Origin: a virus
Lineage: Duplodnaviria > Caudoviricetes
DNA length: 58,285 nucleotides
Strand: one strand, 5' to 3'
IMG/VR virus record: IMGVR_UViG_3300030207_002897
Coordinates: 1 to 58,285 of that record
Shown here piece after piece: positions 1-9,952 of this stretch; the stretch's first letter is position 1, and each line of letters begins with the position of its first letter. Position numbers and translations under genes: made by a program. The notes under the pieces are model-generated. The model was not told the DNA's origin and did not search any database. It was given only the letters and a program-made list of their open reading frames with translations.

Positions 1-101
1 GGACGAGTTCATCGCGGACTCAGCCCTGAGCTTCAAGGTCGAGTCGATCAGATGAAGGCTGAGGGAACATGGGAAAAACGAGGACAGCGAAGAAACAGAT
101 T
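1..101. repeat. Terminal direct overlap with 58185..58285 (circular or circularly permuted assembly)
   Basis: 1..101 equals 58185..58285 except position 3 (A vs C at 58187; synonymous GGA/GGC in the spanning ORF). Confidence 0.97.
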
Positions 102-669
102 AATGGGCGATATGGTCAATCGTCCTGGATGGGGCCAAAGCCCCCAAAAGGTTCTGGGTAATGTAGGTGGAGTGACCTATAGCGAAATGCTAGGAGCTGG
201 CCGTAAAGTAATACGACAAGCTCAAGTTACGGATTCAAAAGGGGAAACTCACACTTTCGACCCAAGGTATGCCCATTGGGATCCCAGCTTTGAAGCTGTA
301 GTTGGAGGCGAAGATCCGAACATGAGTGAGATTTGGGCTTCGCCTAGCCCTAGCGATACCAATCCACTTATGGAGGGGCAGCAGCCTGGAGAGCAGCCTT
401 ATCAAGGTGGGCCTATACCAGGTGGCGGCATGATATTCCCCGAGGAAGATCAAATGATCCCACAAATGCAAAGGCAGCCTTATAGGTCGGTTACACCGCC
501 AAATCAGAATTTTCCAGAGGGTGGACAAGGTTCTTCTGACCAAGAACTTATGGAAATGTTTGGGATGCCTACCATGAGAATAGCAGGTGTCACAAACCCC
601 GATAACCCAAGGGCGCCGCAGGGAGAACTATTAAATAAACTAAGAGCTTACCGTCAGCAAATGGGTTAA
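1..669 (+). CDS. 3' part of Pro/Gln/Met/Gly-rich protein spanning the junction (starts at 57345; ~502 aa in total)
   Basis: Frame of ORF 52..669 continues the open frame from ATG 57345 through the overlap; Cys-free, low complexity. Confidence 0.85.
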   Translation, partial: GRVHRGLSPELQGRVDQMKAEGTWEKRGQRRNRLMGDMVNRPGWGQSPQKVLGNVGGVTYSEMLGAGRKVIRQAQVTDSKGETHTFDPRYAHWDPSFEAVVGGEDPNMSEIWASPSPSDTNPLMEGQQPGEQPYQGGPIPGGGMIFPEEDQMIPQMQRQPYRSVTPPNQNFPEGGQGSSDQELMEMFGMPTMRIAGVTNPDNPRAPQGELLNKLRAYRQQMG

Positions 670-673
670 TCAC

Positions 674-1858
674 ATGGCAGTATCCGATAGCGTAACTCTC
701 TATTCCGACATACTGGATTACATTACTGCCCTGACAGACGGTGGTGCTAGAACTAAAGATCTCCGTATGCACAAGGAAGCAATTCTTGGTGCATATCGTG
801 ATATATCCATGGGTAATGAGTGGGCGTATTACATTACAGAAGGCCGTATAGATTTAGATGCAAAGTATAGCACTGGAAAGGTGACTTATACTGCGTCTAC
901 TAGAACTCTTGTCATACAGGATGGAGGGACTTGGCCTTCATGGATTAAGTATGGACGAATTCGTATAGATGATTCTGTCTACACTGTAGAAAAGACTACA
1001 GATACAGCAGCCAACATCATCTTAGATGCGTCTAATTGCCCCGCTGCTAACATTTCTTCTGCTGTGACGTATGATGCGTACCGAACTGAGTACCCGCTTC
1101 CAGACGACATGTGGAGGCTTTACGACGTTGGTGTAGAAAAGAACAACTGGGTCACATATTACATCACTCCTACTGAGTGGCAGCAGAGAGAGCGGTATCT
1201 AAGCTCTGGCGGGCAGACTTGGGCTTGGACGATTATGAAGAACTCAGATGCAGATGGGAAGTGGTCTTTGTTTGTAGATCCTTACCCCACTGAATCTGAG
1301 CCCCTTATGTTTATGTACAGAAGAAAGCCGAGGACTCTTAGGTGGGCTGGAACAGAGGTAAAAGCAAGGGCTTCATCAACTCAAAACGCTACAGCTTCCG
1401 CAACAAACACATATCTAACTACAGATACCGAGCTTCCAGCAAGTATGGTAGGTGCAGTTATAAGATTGTCCGAAACTACTACTCACCCCACGGGTCTAGC
1501 TGGCGTAAATCCTTACTACGAGCAGCATAAGATAAGCTCTATTAGTGGTACCACAGTAAACCTTGACGATGCTATTGGCAAGTCTGGCGGATACGCAAAT
1601 AAATATTTTGTTGTATCTGATCCCGTTGACATGTCTGAAAGCATGATCGAAGCATTTAAGGCTGAGGTTGAATACCGGATTGCACGCATGTCCAATGACC
1701 AGAGAGACACTGTTCAGGCTCGCCGTATTGCTGACTACCAGCTTCGCAGATCCTTGGAAGCCGAGTCGAGATTTAAGGAGAGTGGAGGATACAATCGACA
1801 GTCTAGGTACTCTTACCTGTTTACCAACCTGCAAAATGTAATAACAACGAGTTCTTGA
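674..1858 (+). CDS. Putative head-tail adaptor (tail tubular protein A / P22 gp4-like) with beta-rich insertions
   Basis: 394 aa; position after portal region and before nozzle; EYPLPDDMWRL segment and helical termini typical of podovirus adaptors. Confidence 0.6.
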   Translation: MAVSDSVTLYSDILDYITALTDGGARTKDLRMHKEAILGAYRDISMGNEWAYYITEGRIDLDAKYSTGKVTYTASTRTLVIQDGGTWPSWIKYGRIRIDDSVYTVEKTTDTAANIILDASNCPAANISSAVTYDAYRTEYPLPDDMWRLYDVGVEKNNWVTYYITPTEWQQRERYLSSGGQTWAWTIMKNSDADGKWSLFVDPYPTESEPLMFMYRRKPRTLRWAGTEVKARASSTQNATASATNTYLTTDTELPASMVGAVIRLSETTTHPTGLAGVNPYYEQHKISSISGTTVNLDDAIGKSGGYANKYFVVSDPVDMSESMIEAFKAEVEYRIARMSNDQRDTVQARRIADYQLRRSLEAESRFKESGGYNRQSRYSYLFTNLQNVITTSS

Positions 1859-1859
1859 T

Positions 1860-4373
1860 ATGGCAAAGATTAGTAATTTTAGTGGTATTGTTAGCAATGC
1901 AGACTTTGGTGATGTCCCAGAGGGTGCTGCACAATTCCAAAAAAATATTAATACTAATAAACCTGGAGTAATTACCCCAAGGAAAGGTATTCAGCCAGCC
2001 TCGTTCGGCTCGTCCACTAATATAGCCACTGGGTACAACACCTTCCAAAGAATGTGTTTCTGCAAAACGCGAACCGGCGAAGTTATAGGCGTTAATGGCA
2101 TTAACAGGGGCTTTATTTGGGACGGAGTTTCAAACTCAACAAATATTCTTGGTGTAGATGCTCCAGCTAATGGCCCTACCGTAGCAATGTCTGCTATTAA
2201 CACGCTCAGCGGCGCCAATGCAATCGACCCTAAAGACACCTCGGGCGAATATCTAATTACACACACGGATCATGGGCTGAGTACGGGGGATAAGATTCTT
2301 ATTGGTGAAGTTGAAGGTACTGGTGCTATTAAGCCAGAGCTTAATGGAAACAAGTTTACTGTTACAGTAACTTCAACCAGCCAGTTTTACCTTGACGACA
2401 CCACAATGGATGGAACTTATACTCAAGACAGTGGGCAGTGGTCTGTTGACGGGCAAGGTGCTACATCGGGGAGTTATCTCTGTGCTTACCGATATAAAAC
2501 ATCAGATGACATTCCGGTTTACAGTGCAATTAGCACCGAGACTCTACCTGTAGCTCAGACAGCAGACAAATTTACTTGGTCTAATCTTACCGCATCTACT
2601 AATTCACGAGTATCTAAGATTGAGCTGTGGAGAACTACCGCTGGGCAGTTTAAGACGCTGTATAAAGTTGCCGAGATAGACAACGGAACCACAAGTTACG
2701 TAGATACTAAAGACGACGACACGCTGGCTTTGCAAAGTGGCGATAATGTAATGGATATTATCGCTGAAGACGGAACCCTTATTGCCAGAAGGCAAGTTCC
2801 ACCACCAGATCACTTTGCTTATTGCGTAATGTTCCAGGATAGATATTTTTATTTTAGTCCTGTGAAATACAACAAAGGTACATGTGGGACAGGGGGTTCA
2901 TCTAGCTCTACGCTTTCAGGAGCTGGGACTGACTGGCCTTCCACCTTTGTTGGCAGGTATATAGAAATTGAAGGCCAAAGCGAAGCCATAAAAATCACAG
3001 CTCACACCAGCGCAACAAACATAACGCTAGAAAAAGCCGTGACTGTAGCTGCTGGCAAGAAGTACGTCATCTATCCTGACAAAAATACACGTCGGCAGGT
3101 GTTGTTTAGCTATCAGGATGAGCCCGAAAGCGTTCCCTCTAACAATTCATTTACTTTACAGTCCAATCACAACGATGATGCAGAGATTATAGGTGCAATG
3201 CCCTATGGTCCATATCTATATATCCTAGCAAAAAGGTTCAAATACTCCCTGAGCTATGGAACTACACCTCTCAGGGATGGAAACCTACGATTTTTAGACG
3301 ATCGAGGTGCATTTAACCACTATTGCTGGGATGTATTTGAAAACAAAGCCTACCTAATGGATGATAGTGGTGCATATGAGTTTGATGGCAGTACATCAGA
3401 GACTATATCGAAGCAAGTTCAAGACATCTGGCGCAAAGACGGCTCCATTGGCAGCATAGATTACACCAAGTCGGACAAGTTCTTCGTAAAAACTGACAGG
3501 CCTTCCGAAAGAATTTACTTTTTTGTCTCTTTCGTGGGCGATAGTGGTACATATCCTCGAAGAGCGTTGGTTTATAACATCCGTCGTAAGTCTTGGGACA
3601 TGATGGAGTACCCCGTACAGATAAGTTCCGCTGGTACAGTGGAAAGTAGTGGTGAACCTAAAACAATATTGAGTTCTGAGAACGAAGGCGTGTACTTGCT
3701 TGATGCAGGAAACACTGACATCGTAACATCAGAGACTAAAGGGACTGCAACCTCTTCTACGTCCAGCTCTTTGGTAGATTCAGGGGCATCGTGGGGTGTA
3801 AATGCCTTTAGGAACGCTAGTGTTTACATTTATCAGGGTACAGGTAAGGGTCAGCGTAGAACAATCTCCAGTAATAACGGAACTACGTTAACTATCACCC
3901 CGAACTGGACAACTAACCCTGATACTACGTCCAAATACAGCGTAGGTGCTGTCCAATGGGAGTGGAAGTCCGGCAGCTATGCGTTTCCTGAAGCTGAAGG
4001 CCGTGCCAAACGTGAATTTTCCATGAAGTTCAAGCCCACAGACACTGATACCGCATTAGACCTGCGCATTTACTACAACGGGGACGATGATCCCGTTTCT
4101 TACGAGATGGCACAGGATTTAGGCGGTGCAGTAGAGATACAGGACGAACATAAAGAAGATGTAGTCTTTAATATCGGCAAAAACTTCAGTGAACTTGAAG
4201 AATCCACCGGAAGAGAGAAATTTAGGTTCGATGGAATGTATTCGACCCTAGCAACAGGAGAGCACAAGGTTGCCTTTGAGTTGCGTGGGCATTCGGCCAC
4301 CGAAAAACCAGAAATACAGCTTATTGAAATAGAAGGTGTGTCTGGCCCATCCACTACAGCCGGGGGTGGTTAA
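1860..4373 (+). CDS. Putative tail nozzle / stabilisation protein (tail tubular protein B-like)
   Basis: 837 aa, beta-rich; NINTNKPGVITPRKG start, IELWRT, FSYQDEPES and RALVYNIRRKSW motifs typical of nozzle beta-propellers; follows adaptor. Confidence 0.65.
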   Translation: MAKISNFSGIVSNADFGDVPEGAAQFQKNINTNKPGVITPRKGIQPASFGSSTNIATGYNTFQRMCFCKTRTGEVIGVNGINRGFIWDGVSNSTNILGVDAPANGPTVAMSAINTLSGANAIDPKDTSGEYLITHTDHGLSTGDKILIGEVEGTGAIKPELNGNKFTVTVTSTSQFYLDDTTMDGTYTQDSGQWSVDGQGATSGSYLCAYRYKTSDDIPVYSAISTETLPVAQTADKFTWSNLTASTNSRVSKIELWRTTAGQFKTLYKVAEIDNGTTSYVDTKDDDTLALQSGDNVMDIIAEDGTLIARRQVPPPDHFAYCVMFQDRYFYFSPVKYNKGTCGTGGSSSSTLSGAGTDWPSTFVGRYIEIEGQSEAIKITAHTSATNITLEKAVTVAAGKKYVIYPDKNTRRQVLFSYQDEPESVPSNNSFTLQSNHNDDAEIIGAMPYGPYLYILAKRFKYSLSYGTTPLRDGNLRFLDDRGAFNHYCWDVFENKAYLMDDSGAYEFDGSTSETISKQVQDIWRKDGSIGSIDYTKSDKFFVKTDRPSERIYFFVSFVGDSGTYPRRALVYNIRRKSWDMMEYPVQISSAGTVESSGEPKTILSSENEGVYLLDAGNTDIVTSETKGTATSSTSSSLVDSGASWGVNAFRNASVYIYQGTGKGQRRTISSNNGTTLTITPNWTTNPDTTSKYSVGAVQWEWKSGSYAFPEAEGRAKREFSMKFKPTDTDTALDLRIYYNGDDDPVSYEMAQDLGGAVEIQDEHKEDVVFNIGKNFSELEESTGREKFRFDGMYSTLATGEHKVAFELRGHSATEKPEIQLIEIEGVSGPSTTAGGG

Positions 4374-5245
4374 TGTTTAGTAAACAAGCTGGGCTATTCG
4401 ACTCTTTGGTTGCGGATGGACTAACCCCCTCTGCCGTAAAAACGCTTAAGTCTATATTCTGCAATCCCCAAGCAAGCCTTGAGCATGACGGGCTTATCTC
4501 TGTTACTACAGAAATAACAAGCACTGATATGCGTTCCGCTAGGTGGGCTAAGTGTCAATACAACTGGGAGTACGACAGAGATCCGCCAAGCAAAGGTGGG
4601 CACATGGCATTTGTTAGAGCCCAAGAGTGCAATGACCCCACTGGAGTAGGTGCTTCAGGTGATTTGCTTAAAATATACCTGCCTGTCTCAGGATCTCAGG
4701 ATCCCAACATAGAGTCAGGCGAAACAATAATGTTTTTTAAGACTGCCAATGGCCAGTACATAGCTCCTGGCTATGGAGATAATCGCATAGGCAGTATAAT
4801 TATGGGAAGCCAAGCAGATAAGGGCATAAAAGGCTATGCCCTTTGTAATGGGACTGAAAACGCTAAAGGATCCTCCTCTGGAAACGGAACTGGGATTAAC
4901 TTAGCCACAAAGTTTCCACGCTGCTGGTCTAGTCCGTCTGATAGCGGTGGGACCGGGGGCAGTGCTACAGGCGCATTAACACTAGAGGGTACTTTTACAG
5001 CCAACGGCATTGGAAATCATAGCCATACGCTAAGCCAAACCACTATTGGCACTGGAAGTGAAAGCACGGTTAGTGTTGTTACCGGAACTCCAACTGGAGA
5101 TTCGGGTGTTGACTTAGGTACAATTAGCGTAACTTTTACTGGAGCAAGTGGTAGCGGTAGTCCAACCGCAGCAACGATTCCTCCTTATACATATGTTTCT
5201 TTTTTAGAACGAGTAGACAATTCAAGAAACGGATTAGGTGATTAA
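4373..5245 (+). CDS. Tail fibre/spike-associated protein with tail-collar-like segment
   Basis: IGSIIM...GYALCNG...NLATKFPR followed by G/T/S-rich region with HSH and IPPYTYVSFLER, the collar/short-fibre pattern. Confidence 0.6.
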   Translation: MFSKQAGLFDSLVADGLTPSAVKTLKSIFCNPQASLEHDGLISVTTEITSTDMRSARWAKCQYNWEYDRDPPSKGGHMAFVRAQECNDPTGVGASGDLLKIYLPVSGSQDPNIESGETIMFFKTANGQYIAPGYGDNRIGSIIMGSQADKGIKGYALCNGTENAKGSSSGNGTGINLATKFPRCWSSPSDSGGTGGSATGALTLEGTFTANGIGNHSHTLSQTTIGTGSESTVSVVTGTPTGDSGVDLGTISVTFTGASGSGSPTAATIPPYTYVSFLERVDNSRNGLGD

Positions 5246-6497
5246 GATGACCGAAGAACAGGCAAGAAGAATAATAAGACATCATCTTATTAATTTTGGA
5301 GGAGGCGCTAAAATTAATTCCGCCCTGGCAAATCAGTACATAACTGATATGACTTCAGGCCAAGACGATCCTGCATCCGCAATCATAGGCATTGCAAATA
5401 GAATCCAAAGAGGCGGGGATTTGTTTAAAGACAACGGCGAAATGTTTATGCAGTGGAAGCGTGCGTTGATGCAGGATCACGCAAACGATGAAGCTCTAGA
5501 TGTTGATGCAGATCAAATTCCAGACGTTCCAGTAAACAACAACAACAACAACAATAATAATAATAATAAGAATCAAGACGTTTGGAAGATAATACAAGAT
5601 CTAGCGAATGCTAAGAATGAAAACGAGCGATTTAAGGCAATGGCCCAGCTTAAAGGGCTTGGCATACAAAACTGGGGGCAGATACTTGGTGGCAACCAGC
5701 CCCTTGCTAATGCACTTCTTGGCCCTAAGCCAATGGGTGGGTGGACTCCCTATATAGACCCAATGGCCCGGTTTGCTGGCAACTTTATGACTCAAGGGTT
5801 TTTGAATACCCTGCCAAACATGGTTAGCCAGTTAAATAAATCCATCTGGGAAACCATGCAGCACAATGTTGCTCAAAGAAACTTCTTGCGGCAAGGACAG
5901 TTTGCCGAAAAGCGGTGGAACGACTACATGGCTTTGATGCGTGACATGATGGGCAATAAGCTAGAGCTCGGAAAGGGTTACCTTGCTGCATTGCCAGACT
6001 ACGCAGAGGCTTTGGGCACTGGAATACAAGGTCTTAACGCCTTCAATCCTGGCGGCCCTCAAGCGGCAGAAGACAAAGACGGGATTGATGCTTTTGCTTC
6101 GGGTGTTAACCCAACCGAAGTTTTACCCGAACTTGCCCACTTTGCTTCCCAAGACGGGGATGCTAGTGCTGTTGCCAGAGATGCTTTGGGTCTGGCTCAA
6201 ACTGAATATGGGTCTGATGTTGTTGATCCAGGTCTCGATAAAAGCCGCAAGCAGTATCTTGCCGGCCATGGCTTGGCTGCTAAAGGAATACAGGGTCTTC
6301 AATCCCAGAGCGGTAGAGCTAGGTCTAGAGAGGCTTCAGATAGGGCATCTGATGTTAATCGAGCTACTGGACTGGCTATTGCTGATTTGCAATCCAAGGT
6401 TAACAAGGCAGGCCTTGCAAACAAGCATCGCCAAAACATGATTCGCAATAGCATGGATATGTTTAACATGGGTATGCCAGACTTTAATTTTGGTTAG
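5238..6497 (+). CDS. Putative internal virion (ejection) protein with poly-Asn tract
   Basis: 419 aa, helical A/G/Q/M-rich, Cys-free, N11 run; first gene of the block after the tail genes. Confidence 0.55.
   Translation: MIKMTEEQARRIIRHHLINFGGGAKINSALANQYITDMTSGQDDPASAIIGIANRIQRGGDLFKDNGEMFMQWKRALMQDHANDEALDVDADQIPDVPVNNNNNNNNNNNKNQDVWKIIQDLANAKNENERFKAMAQLKGLGIQNWGQILGGNQPLANALLGPKPMGGWTPYIDPMARFAGNFMTQGFLNTLPNMVSQLNKSIWETMQHNVAQRNFLRQGQFAEKRWNDYMALMRDMMGNKLELGKGYLAALPDYAEALGTGIQGLNAFNPGGPQAAEDKDGIDAFASGVNPTEVLPELAHFASQDGDASAVARDALGLAQTEYGSDVVDPGLDKSRKQYLAGHGLAAKGIQGLQSQSGRARSREASDRASDVNRATGLAIADLQSKVNKAGLANKHRQNMIRNSMDMFNMGMPDFNFG
5535..5567 (+). repeat. (AAC)6(AAT)5 microsatellite encoding N11
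   Basis: Read directly. Confidence 0.95.
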
Positions 6498-6505
6498 GAA
6501 AAACA

Positions 6506-7168
6506 GTGAACGATACATATATGCACAATTTGACTGGGTATGGAGATCCTAATAGTGGGTCAGGTATGCCATCAGATTACCTCCTTACTGGCGGCAACAA
6601 CAGCCTGCTTGCCGGCGGTAGCAATTTGATGGACGCTCTTCTTGGTGGCGGCACTTCGTCAAATATGGCATCGGCTCCCGCTACATCTAGTTCTGTTCCT
6701 ATGTCATATATGTCTGCTGCCTATAAGCCTGACAATTACGATGATGATGGAATGATTGACCTAGAAGGCGATGACATAGACATGTACGGCGAACAAGGTA
6801 CTCCAATGTCAGACCCATTAGGAGGTGACCCTGAAGGCTGGAATGATTACGAGCCTCCAATACATGGCGACCCTGTTGACCCTGGCGATTTTGATTGGCC
6901 TGAATTTGATATCCCTGAATGGGATATTCCAGGCATACCAGACCAAAACCTTGAGTTTGAGGATTTCCCAAACGAAGCACCCGACTTCCCAGAATTTGAA
7001 AAAGCTAAAAGAAAAAAAATTCCAATGGGATTTTATGATGCAGGCAGTGCGGCCTCTGGGTTTTCTGCCGGAGACTTAAACATAAACCTAGAAGACTTCT
7101 TAGCGAATCAGGTTGCTCAAGAAGCAGGTGTTACACATCCATTACAACAAGCATTACTTGGGCGATAA
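6506..7168 (+). CDS. Acidic, Pro-rich low-complexity protein ending HPLQQALLGR
   Basis: 220 aa ORF, GTG start after AGGA, tight packing with neighbours. Confidence 0.75.
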   Translation: MNDTYMHNLTGYGDPNSGSGMPSDYLLTGGNNSLLAGGSNLMDALLGGGTSSNMASAPATSSSVPMSYMSAAYKPDNYDDDGMIDLEGDDIDMYGEQGTPMSDPLGGDPEGWNDYEPPIHGDPVDPGDFDWPEFDIPEWDIPGIPDQNLEFEDFPNEAPDFPEFEKAKRKKIPMGFYDAGSAASGFSAGDLNINLEDFLANQVAQEAGVTHPLQQALLGR

Positions 7169-7169
7169 A

Positions 7170-9275
7170 ATGGCATTTGATTTTGCAAAACGAAAAAACA
7201 ATAGCGGCAGAGTGAATAACCAAGCTAAAAGCGGCAATAGTAATTATTCTCCGTTTGGTAGCAAGCAAGCCTTTGGGAAGTCAACAACTGTAGCCGCACA
7301 AGGTGGCGCCGCTCAGACTGGTGCCTCTGCTGCCGCAAAAAAGAAGCAGGCAATGCAGGGTGCAGTCGGCACAGGGGCAACACCGGGATCGACTCCCCAG
7401 AGAAAACAAAATTTATTTTCTCCTACAAGCAAGGCCTCGTCTTCCGCCGCTGCCTCTTCAGCCTCCTCTACGTTAGGTGGTGGAGTTAGTTCTGGTGGAA
7501 TGTCAGGTGCAGCTCCTGCTAGTGCTACTAATTATGGTGATTACAAAAAACAAATAGACAGCTTATTGTCCGGCACTGGCGGTGGTATTGGCGGCGGTGG
7601 CTTATCAGGGCAAACTGGCGGTGCCACACAAGGCTCTGATGGAAGTAGAATGTCTGGAGCAGGCACTGGAACACCAGTTAAGGGTGATGGCAGTGCCGCT
7701 GGATGGGACGTTGAAGATACTCCAATGGAAATGCCTGAAGAAGGTGGCCAGCAGGGGGGAGGTTCTCCATTTAGCTTAGAGCAGGGAGATTACCAGTGGG
7801 GTGACGAATACGATCAGTACGGCCAAGCCAAGACTTGGGAGTATGGTGTTGGAAATCAAATCCAACAATATCAACGAGGTCTAAATGAAGAGCTTGGTGA
7901 TAGCTGGTATGACTATCAACAGCAGTGGTTTGACCAAGCTGCTCCAGTAATACCTCACGACCCCCTAACCCACCAATGGCACAGCCAGTTTGGAATAGGC
8001 CCAGCCAATCCTTATGGGTCTCCAATGGTGCAGCAGTTGTTTGAGCGATGGCTAAGAGAGCACCCTAACGCTAGCGAAGAAGAAATAGCGGCGATGGAAG
8101 CCCGCTTTTCTAAGCAGTGGGCCACCCCTGGCGGTATAGGTGGCTTCAGTAGTGACAAATGGCGAGAGCTTGAGTTTGGAAACTATGGAATGGGAAGCCA
8201 CTATGGTAGCTGGGGTGATCCTGAAGATCCTTGGGAAAGAGGCTATCAAGGTGGTGAGTCAGACTTGCTAAACAAAGTCTTTCACATGAATATTGGCCCT
8301 GACAGCGCATTCGCTGACAAAGAACTGCAAGTTTCAAGGCTCTACCATCGGGCATTTAGCAAGCCAATCATAGACTGGGACGAAGACTGGAATCCTATTT
8401 ACGGGAACAGTCCCTTCGAGTCAATGAAGTGGAGGCTAAATGCTCCTGAAACAGAAGAAGTGTATGCTACTTGGAAAAACCTTTGGGGCGTAACCGATGA
8501 GGATATTGACCAACTAAGAAATATTCGAGAAGACCAGATCGGTACGCACTGGAACAGAGCCATGGCGGATGAGCACGAGAGATTTCTTCGTGATAGATTA
8601 GATCTGCTTAGAAGCAAGACTCCAGCACAGTTAAAAGAAGATCATCCAGGGATGTTTATTTTTCACCCTGAAACTGGCGAAATCATATCAGTTAGCCACT
8701 GGTCGCCACATCACACAGCTCAAATTCTTTTAGATGAACCTATTACTTTCCGGGGAAAAAGACTTATAGGCGAGATTCAAATTGAAGAGAGTATGCCAGA
8801 AGATAATCGCATTTTGGACATTGGTGGGTTTAAGCGGCCAGACAGAGACCAACAATATCCGGGACTTCCTAAGATGTCTTATATAAATGCCGATGGAGAC
8901 AGGATATACATTGTTGAAGGTCCTCAGAGTGTTTGGGGTGGTAATACTCAAAATATATTATCGCATCACCCCAAGACGGGAGAGCCTATTGTTACTGGCC
9001 CTGATCCTCGAATGGATGAGGCAAACTGGGAAGAATTTAGCTGGACAAGTAAGTTCATAAACCTGCCTCCTGATACTGGCGAAAACCTAATGTATTTTGT
9101 TCGACCCTTTGAGCCGATTGAAGACGCTATTTGGTATGCAGAGAACTGGCTAAACGCCTACGAAATGGCTAAACAAAGCGGCGACATGGGCGGCGACATG
9201 GGTGGAGGCATGGGCGGCGACATGGGTGGCGACATGGGCGGCGGAGAGGGATTCATCCCTGGAATTGATAGCTAA
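7170..9275 (+). CDS. Gly/Ser-rich then Trp-rich putative virion protein with C-terminal GGDM repeats
   Basis: ATG 7170 directly after upstream stop (701 aa) preferred over 7113; Cys-free. Confidence 0.75.
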   Translation: MAFDFAKRKNNSGRVNNQAKSGNSNYSPFGSKQAFGKSTTVAAQGGAAQTGASAAAKKKQAMQGAVGTGATPGSTPQRKQNLFSPTSKASSSAAASSASSTLGGGVSSGGMSGAAPASATNYGDYKKQIDSLLSGTGGGIGGGGLSGQTGGATQGSDGSRMSGAGTGTPVKGDGSAAGWDVEDTPMEMPEEGGQQGGGSPFSLEQGDYQWGDEYDQYGQAKTWEYGVGNQIQQYQRGLNEELGDSWYDYQQQWFDQAAPVIPHDPLTHQWHSQFGIGPANPYGSPMVQQLFERWLREHPNASEEEIAAMEARFSKQWATPGGIGGFSSDKWRELEFGNYGMGSHYGSWGDPEDPWERGYQGGESDLLNKVFHMNIGPDSAFADKELQVSRLYHRAFSKPIIDWDEDWNPIYGNSPFESMKWRLNAPETEEVYATWKNLWGVTDEDIDQLRNIREDQIGTHWNRAMADEHERFLRDRLDLLRSKTPAQLKEDHPGMFIFHPETGEIISVSHWSPHHTAQILLDEPITFRGKRLIGEIQIEESMPEDNRILDIGGFKRPDRDQQYPGLPKMSYINADGDRIYIVEGPQSVWGGNTQNILSHHPKTGEPIVTGPDPRMDEANWEEFSWTSKFINLPPDTGENLMYFVRPFEPIEDAIWYAENWLNAYEMAKQSGDMGGDMGGGMGGDMGGDMGGGEGFIPGIDS
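9180..9239 (+). repeat. Five 12-bp tandem units (GGCGACATGGGY) encoding GDMG/GGMG
   Basis: Read directly. Confidence 0.9.
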
Positions 9276-9295
9276 CATGACAAAATGTCATCTTA
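9273..9295. promoter_or_regulatory. 23-bp palindromic site, copy 1 (TAACATGACA-AAA-TGTCATCTTA)
   Basis: One of five near-identical copies; overlaps the upstream stop and abuts the SD of 9308. Confidence 0.85.
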
Positions 9296-9307
9296 AAGGA
9301 TTTTGAA

Positions 9308-9949
9308 ATGCAAAGTATTACAGGTGGATTCGGGCATTCCGAAAGGCGTAGAGGCCTTGGTTTCGACGAAGACAAGCTGCAAAAAGAAGGTATACCTGTT
9401 AGCTCTAGATTTACGGAAGCTATGAAAGTCCGTAAGCGCGGAGGTGCTAAGCAGCGTGAAAAAAACCGTGCAATGGCAAAAGCATATCAAGATCCAGGCG
9501 AATGGGTAACGTCGCCTGGCTTCTCTACTGACGCTGGGACTAAGCATGAAAAAGATTTTACTAATGCACGGAACCTAGGAAGTGTGATGCACGCAAAACT
9601 AGGCACGGAGTTTGACCAAAGGCTAAAGGATGCTGAGCATCGCCAGAACGTAAGCTCAATGCAAGATCAGGATTTCTTAAACAATCTGTCATACATGCAG
9701 GACCGCATAGATAACCGCACAGCACTAGATAACGCTTTACTGGACGCACAGGCAAGATACCAAGCTGCCGGTCTGGAAGCACAAAGCCAGTACGATCGCA
9801 TGATGATGCAGAACCAGATGGATATGTACAACTTAATGCAGGGTAACTTGCGAGACATGATGGGTCAGTTTAGCGGTGGATTCGGTGGTGGAATCCCAGG
9901 AATCCCCGGAATTCCAGGCGGTGACATGGGTCTAGGCGGGGGGTGGTAA
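9308..9949 (+). CDS. Putative internal virion protein, Gln/Met helical core and Gly-rich tail
   Basis: 213 aa, SD AAGGA, Cys-free. Confidence 0.7.
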   Translation: MQSITGGFGHSERRRGLGFDEDKLQKEGIPVSSRFTEAMKVRKRGGAKQREKNRAMAKAYQDPGEWVTSPGFSTDAGTKHEKDFTNARNLGSVMHAKLGTEFDQRLKDAEHRQNVSSMQDQDFLNNLSYMQDRIDNRTALDNALLDAQARYQAAGLEAQSQYDRMMMQNQMDMYNLMQGNLRDMMGQFSGGFGGGIPGIPGIPGGDMGLGGGW

Positions 9950-9952
9950 GCC

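Noticed and set aside
5983-6441. Other long alternative-frame or antisense ORFs (5983..6441, 19506..20332, 47728..48216, 52374..52820 and similar)
   Set aside because: No SD, Leu/Ser/Cys-rich shadow composition explained by codon bias of the real gene, unlike 30724..31134.
9273-9295. Palindrome as matS, CIRCE or a CRISPR repeat
   Set aside because: matS has 3 nt between TGAC and GTCA (5 here); the CIRCE sequence differs; copies are kilobases apart with no spacer array.
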